From NCBI GenBank assembly GCA_029261065.1, contig JAJDCB010000024.1, positions 102,364 through 166,363 on the forward strand: a stretch of DNA of 64,000 nucleotides. Direction: 5' to 3'. Position 1 is the first letter of the stretch. The number at the start of each line of letters is the position of its first letter. This document shows, one piece after another, positions 44,223 to 56,300 of this stretch. Under the pieces are notes generated by a model, which saw nothing but the letters and a program-made list of their open reading frames with translations, was not told the origin of the DNA and ran no database searches. Origin of the DNA: Candidatus Omnitrophota bacterium. Lineage in GTDB: Bacteria > Omnitrophota > Gorgyraeia > Zapsychrales > Zapsychraceae. The position numbers were made by a program, and so were the translations under genes.

Positions 44223-45617
44223 TTATTGTTTTTTAGGCCTTATCATATCTTTAGGTTCTACATACTTATCAAAATCAGCTTCGCTGATATAACCTAAAGT
44301 GACTGCAGCTTCTTTGAGTGTCGTGTTTTCCTTATAGGCTTTTTTAGCAACTTCTGCGGCCTTATCATAACCAATATGGGGATTAAGAGCCGTAACGAGC
44401 ATTAAAGAGTTTCTTAAGTTTTTCTCTATATTTGCAATATTCGCCTCAATCCCTTCAACACAATTTTCTCGAAAACTATCAGAGCCATCGGCAAGCAATC
44501 GAATCGATTGTAATAAATTATAAATCATCACAGGCTTGTAAACATTTAATTCAAAATTTCCGCTAGCTCCTGCAATGCCAATGGTTGTATCATTTCCCAT
44601 GACTTGCGCACACACCATCGTTAACGCTTCGCATTGTGTGGGATTCACTTTTCCTGGCATAATGGAGCTACCAGGTTCATTTGCTGGTAATGTAATTTCT
44701 CCAATTCCACATCGTGGCCCTGATCCCAACCAGCGCACATCATTAGCGATCTTCATAAGAGATACAGCAATTGTTTTTAACGTTCCGCTAAATTCAACTA
44801 TGGCATCATGCGCCGCCAACGATTCGAATTTATTGGGAGCCGTTATAAAAGGTCTATTTGTTAACTCCGCAATTTTTTGAGCAACTGTTTGAGCAAAGTC
44901 AGGGTGCGAATTTAACCCCGTTCCTACAGCCGTTCCCCCAAGAGCTAATTCACACAAGCTTGGCAAACTTGACTCAATGCGCTTAAGAGCATTCTCTAAC
45001 TGAGTAGCATAACCAGAAAATTCGTCTCCAAGTGTTAAGGGAGTAGCATCCATTAAATGCGTACGTCCAATCTTTATAATATCTTTAAAATCGTGACTCT
45101 TTGTCTCAAAGACATCTTTTAAAGCAGACACACAAGGAATAAGGCGCGCGAATACTTCTTCTACAGCTGCAATATGCATTGCTGTTGGAAAGGTATCATT
45201 GGAGGATTGCCCTTTATTCACATCATCGTTGGGATGAATAGGATCTTTGCTTCCTAATTTTCCACCAGCTAATTCAATAGCACGATTAGCAATGACCTCA
45301 TTAGAATTCATGTTACTTTGGGTACCACTACCCGTCTGCCACACAACTAAAGGAAAATGATCATTTAGCTTTCCCTCAATCACTTCATCAGCTGCTTTTA
45401 CAATAAGATCCGCCTTCTCTTTAGAAAGAACTCCTAATTGAGCATTAACTAAAGCGGATGCTTTCTTGACAATTCCAAAGGCTTTTATCAATTCAGGAGG
45501 AAATGTTTCGCCTCCAATTTTAAAGTTTTTAAGTGAACGAGCCGTCTGTGCCCCGAAGTACATATCATTGGGAACACTAAGCTCACCCATACTATCTGTT
45601 TCAATTCGAGAATCCAT
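44223..45617 (-). CDS. fumC: Fumarate hydratase class II
   Basis: Signature [16 protein letters not shown]. 464 aa. Confidence 0.95.
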   Translation of the reverse strand: MDSRIETDSMGELSVPNDMYFGAQTARSLKNFKIGGETFPPELIKAFGIVKKASALVNAQLGVLSKEKADLIVKAADEVIEGKLNDHFPLVVWQTGSGTQSNMNSNEVIANRAIELAGGKLGSKDPIHPNDDVNKGQSSNDTFPTAMHIAAVEEVFARLIPCVSALKDVFETKSHDFKDIIKIGRTHLMDATPLTLGDEFSGYATQLENALKRIESSLPSLCELALGGTAVGTGLNSHPDFAQTVAQKIAELTNRPFITAPNKFESLAAHDAIVEFSGTLKTIAVSLMKIANDVRWLGSGPRCGIGEITLPANEPGSSIMPGKVNPTQCEALTMVCAQVMGNDTTIGIAGASGNFELNVYKPVMIYNLLQSIRLLADGSDSFRENCVEGIEANIANIEKNLRNSLMLVTALNPHIGYDKAAEVAKKAYKENTTLKEAAVTLGYISEADFDKYVEPKDMIRPKKQ

Positions 45618-45625
45618 GGTTACTC

Positions 45626-46402
45626 CTATTTAGTTAATTTAGAGCTCATCGCACTGAAAATATCTATCGGAATAGGAAAAAGTGTTGTTGTGTTATTTTC
45701 ACTTCCTATTTCAACCAACGTTTGCAAATAACGTAATTGTAAAGCCATCGGATACTTTTGCATTAAATCAGCAGCCTGACAAATTTTCTCCGCAGCCTGA
45801 AACTCACCTTCTGCTGCAATAATTTTAGCACGACGTTCCCGCTCAGCCTCTGCTTGACGAGCCATCGCACGCCTTAAATCTTCGGAAATATCAACATGTT
45901 TAATTTCAACATTATGAACCTTTACACCCCAAGGATCTGTTTGCTTATCAAGAATAACCTGCAACTTTGCATTAATAGCTTCCCTTTGACTTAAAAGATC
46001 ATCTAATTCAACTTCACCTAAAACACTTCTAAGGGAAGTTTGCGCCATTTGATTGGTTGCATATTGAAAATCTTGAACCTCATTAATCGCTTTTATGGGA
46101 TCCATAACACGAAAGTAAGCAACTGCATTAACCTTAGCTGAGATATTGTCTTTCGTTATAATATCCTGTGGAGGCACATCAAGTGTTATAATTCTCAAAC
46201 TTACCTTAACAGCTTGTTCAAAAGGCCAAGCCACAATCGTTAAACCTGGTCCACGAGGTGCAGGAACAACGCGCCCTAAAAAATAAACCACCAAACGCTC
46301 ATATTCTCTTGGGAACTTAACCCAGTTATATAATAAAGTAAAAATAAGACCTGCAATAATTAAAAAAACTGGCATATCACTTCTCCTTGTTTTGAGAATC
46401 AA
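45626..46402 (-). CDS. SPFH/band-7 (stomatin/prohibitin-like) membrane protein
   Basis: N-terminal TM. SPFH core. C-terminal coiled coil with Ala/Glu-rich [22 protein letters not shown]. Confidence 0.85.
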   Translation of the reverse strand: MILKTRRSDMPVFLIIAGLIFTLLYNWVKFPREYERLVVYFLGRVVPAPRGPGLTIVAWPFEQAVKVSLRIITLDVPPQDIITKDNISAKVNAVAYFRVMDPIKAINEVQDFQYATNQMAQTSLRSVLGEVELDDLLSQREAINAKLQVILDKQTDPWGVKVHNVEIKHVDISEDLRRAMARQAEAERERRAKIIAAEGEFQAAEKICQAADLMQKYPMALQLRYLQTLVEIGSENNTTTLFPIPIDIFSAMSSKLTK

Positions 46403-47882
46403 TTTTAGAAATTGTTAAGTTAAGTCCCTCGATGCTTTTAACGACAACGGCCATTCCTTTTTTAATGTCACCGTCATCGGCAATAGCATTCCAAATAGTG
46501 CCATGAACAAATACCTTTCCATATTGGGAGGCTGAGAATTGAGTTAAAGCCTCACCTTTCTTGCCAACGATTCCCGCTTCACCTGTTTGAACTTTTAATT
46601 TTCTAAATTTGACAAAGATACGAAGAAAATAAAAAGCAACACATCCTGAGATGACTACGACACTAAAAATAGCTGATTGTGAAACACGCATAATAGGATC
46701 AACAGATTCAAATAAAAGCATAGAACCTAATACAAGACAGACTAATCCCCCTAACGTCAATAGACCAAATCCTGGGATAAAGGCCTCTGAAACTAATAAC
46801 ACTAAACCCAAAACCATTAAAGAAAGGCCTGCATAATTAGTAGGTAATGTCTGCATACTATAAAAAGCCAAAATTAAAAATATCGATCCTAATATTCCAG
46901 GAACCCCAACGCCAGGATGTGTAATTTCATAGAGCAGACCATAAAAACCAAAAATCATCAAAAAATATGCGATATTAGGACTTGCCAATATATTAAAAAA
47001 TTGCTGACGCATATCCATTTTAGACTCTTTTATCTCAGCATATTTCGTTTCCAATGTGATCAGCTCACCGTTAACCTTTAATTGATATCCATCTAACTGT
47101 TCTAATAAATCATTTCGATTTGCGGCTAAAATTTCAATAACACCTTTTTCGTGAGCTTCATCTGCCGTAATCGAATCACTTTTTGTAACACTTTGAACCG
47201 CCCACTCTACATTTCGATTTCTTTCATTTGCAATTGATTTAATAAAGGCAACCGTATCATTTAAGATTTTACTAGCCATGGGATTCTCATCCTCGATGAA
47301 AGTTTCATCTTCTTTATCGTCTGAAATGTTCTTTGTTTCGGAATTTTCTTCTTCCTCCAAATGTTCAACATCTTCTTTTAAACCCTGACGTTGGTTTTTA
47401 AGTTCATCAATCAATTCTTTAAGCTCTGACCAATCTCCTCTGCCCTTAGGTGCTTTTCCTCCTCCTAATTGAACAGGATGTGCAGCTCCAATATTGGTTG
47501 ATGGAGCCATTGCTGCTATGTGGCTTGCATATGTTATGAAAACTCCGGCTGATCCAGCCCGAGATCCGTTAGGAGCTATGTAGACTATAATAGGAACCTT
47601 GGCTCTCAGCATCCTTTTAACAATCAAACGCGTTGATGAGAGAAGTCCTCCGGGAGTATCTAACTCGATGATAAGGGCTTTTGCATTATCACTTTCAGCA
47701 TATGTAATCGCATCTGTAATATACTCAGCTGTGACAGGATTAATCGAATCATCTTCTAAGCTAATGAGATGAAAGATGTTTTGGGGTAAACTTTGTGTTT
47801 GCTTTGAAAGAAAAATTAAAAATAAACCAACGCATAGGATAAGAAGATACGGAAAACAACGTTGGCTTTTAGTTTTTGTCAT
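46377..47882 (-). CDS. NfeD-family membrane-bound ClpP-class serine protease (long form, C-terminal OB-fold)
   Basis: N-terminal ClpP-like domain. Acidic insert. Multi-TM segment. C-terminal NfeD beta-barrel ([27 protein letters not shown]). Overlaps the SPFH gene by 26 nt. Confidence 0.8.
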   Translation of the reverse strand: MTKTKSQRCFPYLLILCVGLFLIFLSKQTQSLPQNIFHLISLEDDSINPVTAEYITDAITYAESDNAKALIIELDTPGGLLSSTRLIVKRMLRAKVPIIVYIAPNGSRAGSAGVFITYASHIAAMAPSTNIGAAHPVQLGGGKAPKGRGDWSELKELIDELKNQRQGLKEDVEHLEEEENSETKNISDDKEDETFIEDENPMASKILNDTVAFIKSIANERNRNVEWAVQSVTKSDSITADEAHEKGVIEILAANRNDLLEQLDGYQLKVNGELITLETKYAEIKESKMDMRQQFFNILASPNIAYFLMIFGFYGLLYEITHPGVGVPGILGSIFLILAFYSMQTLPTNYAGLSLMVLGLVLLVSEAFIPGFGLLTLGGLVCLVLGSMLLFESVDPIMRVSQSAIFSVVVISGCVAFYFLRIFVKFRKLKVQTGEAGIVGKKGEALTQFSASQYGKVFVHGTIWNAIADDGDIKKGMAVVVKSIEGLNLTISKIDSQNKEK

Positions 47883-47900
47883 AAAATATTTAACGATTGA

Positions 47901-49355
47901 CTACGCATGATGTTGAAGATAGTGGGTAAGAAGTCGCACCCCCGCTCCTGTAGCGCCATGAGAGAAATACCATCTCTCTGCGCCATCAACAAAAGAAGTC
48001 CCTGCAATATCCAAATGAGCCCAAGGGGTAGCTTCTGTAAATTGTCTTAAAAACTCTGCAGCCGTTAACGTACCTGCTGCTCCTCTGGGGGTACCTAAAT
48101 TTTTAATATCGGCAATCTCGGATTTTACGGAATCTTTAAGTTCTGGATAAGTAGGTAATCGCCATACCCGATCATTCGTTTCGTTGGAGCTATAAACTAA
48201 ATCTCTTGAAAGATTATCATCTGTAGTAATGAGTCCGGTATAATCATGACCCAAGGCCACAACACAGGCGCCTGTTAGTGTAGCAATATCAATAATTCGT
48301 TTTGGTTTATAATTTTTAACCGTGTAACTAATAGCATCCGCTAAAACAAGCCTTCCCTCAGCATCTGTATTGGCAACTTCAACAGATTTTCCAGCATATC
48401 CTATGATGACATCCCCTGGCTTATACGCCTTAGATCCTGTCACGTTTTCAGCTACACCAAGAACAAAAATAGCGTTCTTTTTTAATTTTAGATCCAATGT
48501 ATTTTTCAAAGCACCCACGACAGCGGCCGCACCACTCATATCAATACGCATCGATTCAATACCGCCTGTAGGTTTTAAATTTAATCCCCCTGTATCAAAT
48601 GTTAATCCCTTTCCAACTAAGGCTGTAAAATCTCCTTTTTTGGCTGACCCTTGATATTTAACAATGATTAATTTCGGTTCATTGACACTACCTTGATTAA
48701 CAGCTAAATGAAAGCCCAATCCCTTTTGCTTCATTTCCTTCTTATTTAAAATTTCAAGAGAAATATTTTTCTTTCCCTTAATAAGCGCCCGAACAACTTT
48801 TTCAAAATGAGTTGATGTAACACTATCGGCATTATCATTGACTAAATCACGAGCAAGATTATTTCCTTCACAAATAGTAACCGCATCTTGATAAAGCTTT
48901 TTCTTAAGAGCAATAAGAAACACATTTTTTTGTTCCTCTTTTTCTTTTTTTGATTTTTTCGAAAAATATTTATTCCACTTATAGCTCCCTATCATGATGG
49001 ATTCTATTAGGGGAACGATAATAGAATCTTTTTGTTGATGAGCAATTAACTCTAATGTATTACAATGAGTTAAGAATGATGAGATTAGGGCATTTTTTAC
49101 AGAAATCTTTAAAGATGTCTGTGTTCTTTCATTGTCTTTACCTACACCAACAAATAATAACGTTTGTTTCTTATGGACCGCAGGACATAGCTGCCCATTT
49201 TCTGCTTTAAATAATTTATTATCAACTAAAGGTTTTAGGAGAGATCGTATCTGTGCGGGCAGATGTGTTAACGTATTCTTTTTTATCTGTTCTTCACTTA
49301 ATAAAATAATACAGGCCTGCTTATCATACAGAGCTTTGGAACGAAAAGTAATCAC
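47901..49355 (-). CDS. pepA: Leucyl (cytosol) aminopeptidase, M17 family
   Basis: M17 signature NTDAEGRLVLADAI. Metal-binding residues present. 484 aa. Confidence 0.9.
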   Translation of the reverse strand: MITFRSKALYDKQACIILLSEEQIKKNTLTHLPAQIRSLLKPLVDNKLFKAENGQLCPAVHKKQTLLFVGVGKDNERTQTSLKISVKNALISSFLTHCNTLELIAHQQKDSIIVPLIESIMIGSYKWNKYFSKKSKKEKEEQKNVFLIALKKKLYQDAVTICEGNNLARDLVNDNADSVTSTHFEKVVRALIKGKKNISLEILNKKEMKQKGLGFHLAVNQGSVNEPKLIIVKYQGSAKKGDFTALVGKGLTFDTGGLNLKPTGGIESMRIDMSGAAAVVGALKNTLDLKLKKNAIFVLGVAENVTGSKAYKPGDVIIGYAGKSVEVANTDAEGRLVLADAISYTVKNYKPKRIIDIATLTGACVVALGHDYTGLITTDDNLSRDLVYSSNETNDRVWRLPTYPELKDSVKSEIADIKNLGTPRGAAGTLTAAEFLRQFTEATPWAHLDIAGTSFVDGAERWYFSHGATGAGVRLLTHYLQHHA

Positions 49356-49393
49356 GTCTTTATATCCTCTCTCTTTTTTAATTATTTATTAAA

Positions 49394-50683
49394 TTAACGT
49401 TGATCTATAGGAACAAACGGACGTTCCGTCGCCCCAGTATAAATTTGTCGTGGTCGACCAATTTTTGACTTTGGATTTTCTTTCATTTCTTTCCAATGAG
49501 CAATCCATCCTGGCATACGTCCAATCGCAAACATGACTGTAAACATATCTGTTGGAATTCCTATAGCCTTATAAATGAGACCACTATAAAAATCGACATT
49601 CGGATAAAGTTTGCGTTTAACAAAATATTCGTCTTTAAGTGTTGCCTCCTCCAGTTTGAGGGCAATTTCCAAAAGTGGATCATGGATTCCTAATTTATCG
49701 AATAGTTCATGCGTTCTCTTTTTAATAATGATACTTCGTGGATCAAAATTTTTATAAACCCTATGACCAAATCCCATCAATCTATAGGAATCATCAGGGT
49801 CCTTGGCTTTATCAATAAATTTTTGAACATCACCGCCGGCTTGATGAATTTCCTCCAACATCTCAAGAACCTTTTGATTAGCGCCACCATGTAATGGCCC
49901 CCACAACGCACACACTCCCGCCGAAATGGAAGCAAACATATTCGCCCAAGAACTCCCCACCAATCGTACTGTTGAAGTACTACAATTTTGTTCATGATCA
50001 GCATGTAATATTAAAATTGAACGTAAAGCGCTAACAATAATATCATCAATAGGAAATTCTTTTTCTTTTGTTGAAAACATCATATGTAAAAAATTAGCAA
50101 TATATGATAAATCACTACGTGGTGGGACAAAATCTTGATTAAGACTTTGTTTATATGTATAGGCAGTTATTGTACGCACCTTTGATAACAATTGTGCAGC
50201 TGTTTTTTTCATCTCTTCCTGACTGGGTTCAGGCGCTAATAGTTCTGGATAGTAACCTGATAGGGAACAAATCATAGCAGATAAAAGCCCCATAGGGTGC
50301 CCCCCTTGAGGATAACCGCTAAAGGAGCTTATCATATCTTTATGCAAGTCAGCGTGGGCTGTAAAAGACTGTGAAAATTGTGATAATTCATCCTTTTTAG
50401 GTAACTCACCTTCAATAAGCAGGTAGGCTGTTTCGACAAAACTCGATTGTTCAGCAATTTGTTCTATAGGATAACCTCTATAGCGTAGAATACCCTTCTC
50501 TCCATCCAAATATGTAATGGCACTGGTGCATGAGCCAGTATTACCAAACCCATTATCAACTGTGATATAAGAAGTCTCGCCACGTAACTTCGTTATATCA
50601 ATACCCTTTTCATTCTCTGTACCAATAATCACAGGAAAGTCGTAACTTTTTCCATCAATAACAATTTGAACTTTTTCATCCAT
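49394..50683 (-). CDS. gltA: Citrate synthase
   Basis: GFGHRVYKNFDPR signature and catalytic His/Asp blocks. 429 aa. Confidence 0.95.
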   Translation of the reverse strand: MDEKVQIVIDGKSYDFPVIIGTENEKGIDITKLRGETSYITVDNGFGNTGSCTSAITYLDGEKGILRYRGYPIEQIAEQSSFVETAYLLIEGELPKKDELSQFSQSFTAHADLHKDMISSFSGYPQGGHPMGLLSAMICSLSGYYPELLAPEPSQEEMKKTAAQLLSKVRTITAYTYKQSLNQDFVPPRSDLSYIANFLHMMFSTKEKEFPIDDIIVSALRSILILHADHEQNCSTSTVRLVGSSWANMFASISAGVCALWGPLHGGANQKVLEMLEEIHQAGGDVQKFIDKAKDPDDSYRLMGFGHRVYKNFDPRSIIIKKRTHELFDKLGIHDPLLEIALKLEEATLKDEYFVKRKLYPNVDFYSGLIYKAIGIPTDMFTVMFAIGRMPGWIAHWKEMKENPKSKIGRPRQIYTGATERPFVPIDQR

Positions 50684-50889
50684 AAATATACTCCATTTAA
50701 TTTTGAGAGGTTGATCTGGGTTTATTTCTTGTGATAAGGATCAATCGGTTTTGTTCTTCACAGTTAACTTTTTTGTTCTATCACATAGATTTGAAACAGA
50801 ATAACAATAAATCAAAACACATTCCGCTGATTCCTATTACCATTATATTATGAAAAAGCATTTATTCAAGATGATTCACACAGGAGTCA

Positions 50890-52146
50890 TTATTTTTTTA
50901 ATTTTATTACATTTTTTAGCTTAAAAAATACAAAAATGAATGCAATTGCGGCAATACTTGAAATCAAATGTAAAACTAGCTTCTCCCATCTATTGTTTAC
51001 AGGTGTAATATTCGGTTTTTCTATTGTAAACATATTACTCATCATAGTTGATATTTGCGATGATTCAAACTTATATTCTTCTAATTCCTTTAAATAAGTA
51101 TCAACTAACTTATTGGTTTCCTTTTTTATTTTTATATAGCTATTATCATTTAAAGATGCCGTAACATCATCTATATAATAATGATTCATTATAGATAAAA
51201 GCATGCGTTTTCTATTTTCGAGAAACAACTTTCTTATAGCTAGAGAAAAATCAAGTTCTAACTCCATTGTTAGCTTATTTTTAAGTTGTTCTTTTAACTG
51301 ATCAATAATAAGAGTTTTATACTTGTTAATTTTTTTTGTTTTTTCTTGCGACTCCACATTTCTTGAACTTAAAATCGCGCTTACCTTTTGTTCGAATTCA
51401 AGCTCTAGAATACGACGTTCTAAATTAAAATATAAAAAATTGTCTTTAGAAACTTCTTTTATTAAACTCTCAAAAAGTTGATGGGTATTATGAGAAAGAA
51501 GTACATTTTTGTATTTATTAATGTCACGTATAACCTTATTGATTTCTGTCTCTATTTTCATAGATGCTAATAACAAAATCGTATCCAAAGTTTCTTTATC
51601 CTCTTTATTAAGGACTAAGACCTTTTTATTAAAAGGAAACATATAAAGCGTTTGTTCGTTGAGGATAATGTCATCAATTTTTTTAGAAAATTTATGTTGA
51701 AGGCGATCCAATTTATCCACGGTGTATTGGTTAATATCATCCATTTTCTGTTCGACAAACACGTCTCCAAAAGCAGCCGCCATCAAAGCCGCTTTTTTAG
51801 GATTATCGGAAATGACACTTATTGCAACTTTATTGCTCGCAATTTTTTCAACATTAACATTAGATTGCAAGGATATAGAGGAATCATAGACAAAATCCTG
51901 TGTATTCCTCTCATCCACGGGCATCACATGTGTTTTGGTTATAATTCGATTGACTACAGGTAAACTTCTAATAAACTGTATTTCCTTATTGATATCAAGA
52001 TCTCTACCTTCAAAGTTTTTAAGTGATAAAAAGATTTTAGCCTCATAAACATTTTTGTGGAATAACTGATAACAAAACACAATAATATTAACGATAAGTA
52101 GGATTTTTAAAATTGTAAATTTTTTATTCTTTAACAGTTGAAGCAT
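50890..52146 (-). CDS. Membrane-anchored coiled-coil protein (N- and C-terminal TM helices), unknown function
   Basis: TM FTILKILLIVNIIVFCYQLF near the N-terminus and LVLHLISSIAAIAFIFVFFKL at the C-terminus. 6-nt gap to the upstream gene. Confidence 0.55.
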   Translation of the reverse strand: MLQLLKNKKFTILKILLIVNIIVFCYQLFHKNVYEAKIFLSLKNFEGRDLDINKEIQFIRSLPVVNRIITKTHVMPVDERNTQDFVYDSSISLQSNVNVEKIASNKVAISVISDNPKKAALMAAAFGDVFVEQKMDDINQYTVDKLDRLQHKFSKKIDDIILNEQTLYMFPFNKKVLVLNKEDKETLDTILLLASMKIETEINKVIRDINKYKNVLLSHNTHQLFESLIKEVSKDNFLYFNLERRILELEFEQKVSAILSSRNVESQEKTKKINKYKTLIIDQLKEQLKNKLTMELELDFSLAIRKLFLENRKRMLLSIMNHYYIDDVTASLNDNSYIKIKKETNKLVDTYLKELEEYKFESSQISTMMSNMFTIEKPNITPVNNRWEKLVLHLISSIAAIAFIFVFFKLKNVIKLKK

Positions 52147-52152
52147 TTAAAT

Positions 52153-53340
52153 TTAATCCTCTTTCATTTCATCAAGCATCTTCTTTAATTGTTCTGAATC
52201 CAAATCATCCTGTGACTTCTCAGCTAAGTCTTCTTCATCGCTCGGCTCTTTAACACTCCCCTTATCCTCACTCAATTCTGCTGCAACTTCAGTTTCCTCA
52301 GGTTTAACTATTTGTTCAAAATAAGCCTCCACACTAGCATTTGGAAAATTTTCGTCATTAACCAAAGACTCTTCATTATTCTGCTCGTTTTGTTCTTTAG
52401 TTGTAAAGGCTTGGCCAATTATCGTATCTGATGATGTATTAAAAAGAGGAGCATCATTCTCTGAAGCAACAGACTCTTCATCTCCAGTAGGTAATAGTAG
52501 CTTTTCTTCATCTGAATCTATTGATACTTCAGGCAAATTTTCACTTTGATCTATTTCATCATCAACGGGCTTTGGGGAGGTTTTCCCTTTTTCGATATCA
52601 TCTACTATTTGTAGAATATTGGCGTCACTATCATCAGGTATTTCCAATTCCATAATTTCTGCTGTAGCCTCTTTATCAACTGTCTTTTTAGTTTCATTTA
52701 TTTTCGTATTCTCTTTTGGTTTTTTTTCTACAGTAGTTTGCGTTGGTTTCTCTTCCTTAGGCCTATTAAATAAATAATAAAATTTTTTAAGCAAAATATA
52801 ATTAACGATAAAACCAAGGACTATTAGAACCAAAAATTGAAGTAAAAATCTAATACTAACCATCTCTTTAAGTTGATAAAAATAGCCAGGCATTAGACTT
52901 TCAACGGCAATAATACTTTTCAGTTGGCGATTATACAGAAATCGAATATGTCTTACTGATTCAAAATTTTGCTCATAAGTATTTTCTGGGTATGAAATCC
53001 AGCCCTCTTTAAACTTTTGCATTTCAAAAACAATTTTGCTCTTATACATCCGCCAATAATTGTCCTTTTTCTCTCTATCAAGAATCATAGCCCCTGTCGC
53101 TTGATCAGTAATATATACCAAAACATTTTTTGAATACAATTCTTTTAAATCAATGTCTGGCGAATCTAATTTAGAATTTAAATAAACGGCGAGATTATCT
53201 AAGTTTTTTTTCTCAAGCAGGGTAGTTTTTTGAAGATGAATAAAGAGTTGATGAATTGTAATGGAAGAAAAGGCACAAATAAAAAAGAAACAGTATATTA
53301 TGAAAAGAAATTTAAATGTATTATTTTTTTTATTTGGCAT
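52153..53340 (-). CDS. Two-TM membrane protein with about 140-aa extracytoplasmic domain and long acidic disordered C-terminal tail
   Basis: TM1 FKFLFIIYCFFFICAFSSITI, TM2 FLLQFLVLIVLGFIVNYILL. Tail rich in E/D/K/S/T. 46 nt downstream of the giant gene. Confidence 0.55.
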   Translation of the reverse strand: MPNKKNNTFKFLFIIYCFFFICAFSSITIHQLFIHLQKTTLLEKKNLDNLAVYLNSKLDSPDIDLKELYSKNVLVYITDQATGAMILDREKKDNYWRMYKSKIVFEMQKFKEGWISYPENTYEQNFESVRHIRFLYNRQLKSIIAVESLMPGYFYQLKEMVSIRFLLQFLVLIVLGFIVNYILLKKFYYLFNRPKEEKPTQTTVEKKPKENTKINETKKTVDKEATAEIMELEIPDDSDANILQIVDDIEKGKTSPKPVDDEIDQSENLPEVSIDSDEEKLLLPTGDEESVASENDAPLFNTSSDTIIGQAFTTKEQNEQNNEESLVNDENFPNASVEAYFEQIVKPEETEVAAELSEDKGSVKEPSDEEDLAEKSQDDLDSEQLKKMLDEMKED

Positions 53341-53386
53341 TGCAATATACTGTTTTGACGATACATATGCATTTGGTTAACAAGTA

Positions 53387-56300
53387 TTATTCGTAAGCTT
53401 CTATAAGATCCAAAGCATTATTAATTTCACTTTGTAATTCTTGAAAAACTGGATTTTGATCCCTGGGCTTATCAAATATGGTTGTTTTATCACGTTCTTG
53501 AGAAAGCAATTCTTCATACTTCTTTTTTGAATCATCTAAATCTTTAGTTAGATTGTGAATCGCTTCCTGTAAGGAGGATCTTTCCTTCATTAAAGAAAAA
53601 AGCTCACTATCTAATACTCTTTTCTGGTTTTTCAACTCATCATTAACAGACTTTTGCTCTGATAAGAGACCTTCTGTATCATTAATCTTCTTTTTAAACT
53701 CTTCAATATCTTTCTGTAGTGGACGCACATTAGTTAAAACCTTACTTTTAAAGGCTTCATCCATATTACTCATTTTGTCTTCAAGTTCATTTACCTGTTT
53801 TTGTAAAGGCACTCGAGCCTCCATAACTTTATTTTTAATCTCCCCTTCATGCGCATCTACTTCTTTTGTCAAATCATCCACTTTATATTTAAGGCTCTTT
53901 TTTTCAGACTCTTCTTGAGCCAATTCTGTTTCTAAAACATTTAACTTTTGCTTCATACGAGACAAAATTTCATCTTTCTCAGAAAGCAATTCTTTAGACT
54001 TTTCCAATTTTTTGTTAATTTTACTCATTTCTTCATTTAAGCTTAAGGCTCCAGAGCTCTCAATTTCTCTAACTTCATTCTCTTTTTCGATTAACTTTGC
54101 GGTTAAATTCTCAATTTCTTTTCTTAAAACTGATTCAGCAGCTTTAATTTTTGAAGGTAAAGCCTCTTCTGTATTTTTTAATTTTGATATCGTTGACTGA
54201 AGGAGACCTTCTGTATTCTCTCTTTCCGATTGAATATCTATTAATTGTTTCTTAATATTATCGAGGTTTCGATCCTTTTCAGCTATCAAAGCTTCCCGAT
54301 CCATAAGAGATTGTTTTAAGGATCGCACTTTCTGATCAACATCACCCTTACTTTGTTCCTTGATTTTTATAAAATCAAGGCGAACGTTTTCAATTTCACT
54401 TTTAAGAGAAGCAACTTCTGTATTCTTCTCATTTTCTAAGTTTTGATATTTTACTAATACTTCATCCCTCTCTTTAAGAGCTAATTTATAATCAGACTCT
54501 AATCCCGTCTTTAATTTTGTTTGACCAGTTTTTAATTCTGCAACAACCTTCTGATTTTCAATAACTTCTTGCTGGGCTAACTTAAGTCTACTTTCTAAAT
54601 CCAACATCTCCTTATAATATTCCTCCTTCTCTGCCTTAACCAATTTATAGTCTGTCTCCAAAGTCTTGTTTAATTTTGATTGATTTCTTTTTAACTCATC
54701 AACTATTTCTTTATTCCTAAAATTTTCTTTTTCAAACAACGCAGCTTGATCTTTTAACTCTACAATCTTTTGCAAATACTGATCTTTTTCTCTGTTAAAG
54801 ATAGACACCTTCATATCAGATTGATCATTCAATACGCTAATTTTGTTCTCAAGCTCTGTTGTCTTTTTCTGATATTCAGCAATTTTATTTCTTAATTCCT
54901 TAAAATCACTATCCTTAGTCTCAAGTTCTTTTTTAACCTTCGACATATTGCCATCAATCCCATTAAGTTGTTTTTGCAACTTATCATTTTCAATAACAGA
55001 TAAATTGAATTCTTCCTCTAATCGTTGTTTTTGTAATACAAGCTTATCTGTGTGTTGTTTTTGTTCAAGATTAATTTGATTAGAAGCCTTTAGCCGCTCA
55101 TTTAGACTCTCTTGTTGATATATTAAATCTTTTCTTAATGCCGCAATTTCTTGATCAAATTTGTCTTGAATTTGATTATTCTGTGTTTCTAATTGACTAT
55201 TAGTCCTTTTAAGGTCATTACTTTGATTTTCAGCCTCTCTAATTTTTCGCATTAAATCTTGTTTCTCATTATCAAAATTTTTTAACTGTACAGAGTTTAA
55301 TTTCTCACCCTCTTTTAAAACATCAAGACTCCTCTTTAGACCATTGATTCTTTCTAATAATGGTTTTTCAATAAGAGTTATTTTATCTGCAAACCCAATC
55401 TTCAAATTATTGACATCCTTTTGTAAATTAGAAGCACTGTTATTTAAGTTTTCATTCTCTTTTGTCAAGGACGAGACCTGGTTAATTAAATTCGAATTTT
55501 TTGATTTATAATCTGTCAAATTCGCTAACTGATTGTTAACAATATTTTGAAGATCTTTATTTTCATCAGCAGATTTAAGAAGCTTCTTATCCAAACTCAA
55601 TTTAAGATTAGAAAGAGTTTCTCGGTACTTTTCTTCAATTTCTTTTCTTTGCTCAGAAAGATCATTACGTAAGTTTTCATTTTTACTCATTACGAGATTA
55701 TTGGATCTATTTAATTCTTCAAATTTATCAGAAGCTTCCTTAAGACTTGCCTGATATCTTCTATTTTCTTCTTTTTCTACTGCCAAATTTTGAGATAATT
55801 CTGTTAATTCTGTCGTTTTAGAAACTAATTGTTTGTTCAACTTATCCAATTTCCCACCAAATTCTACCGTAGATGTATTATTTTTAGATTCCAACTGTTT
55901 AAGACGCGCGAGTAAACTTGTTTTTTCATTCTCTAAAGCAGAAAATCGGTTACTTGTCTCCTTTAATTGAGAGTTTAAATCTTGATTTTTGTTTTCTAGC
56001 TCCTGATTAACAGCCATATGATCGTTTAATTTAAGCTTTCCAGCCTCTATTTCTTTGAGTAACGGTGCCTTTTCCTCATTAATGCGTTGAGGTATAACAC
56101 TAGTGACATCACGCAACTTTATTTCTAACTTTGAGTTCTCTGTTTGCCATTTGGAATTCGTTTCCTTTTCGTTATTTAATCGAGTAAGAAGATCGTTGTT
56201 CTCATCATTAAGCAGTGACATTTCTTGAGAATTTGTTTTAATTTGGTTCGAAAGATTCGTTTTCTGCTTTTTAAAATCTTCAATTTCTTTTCTTAAAGGA

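Noticed and set aside
50684-50889. Imperfect palindrome (…ATGATTCACACAGGAGTCAT…) and A/T runs between the 50890 ORF and gltA as a possible terminator or operator
   Set aside because: Only 5 of 7 positions pair. No convincing stem-loop plus U-tract. Indistinguishable from background in AT-rich DNA.
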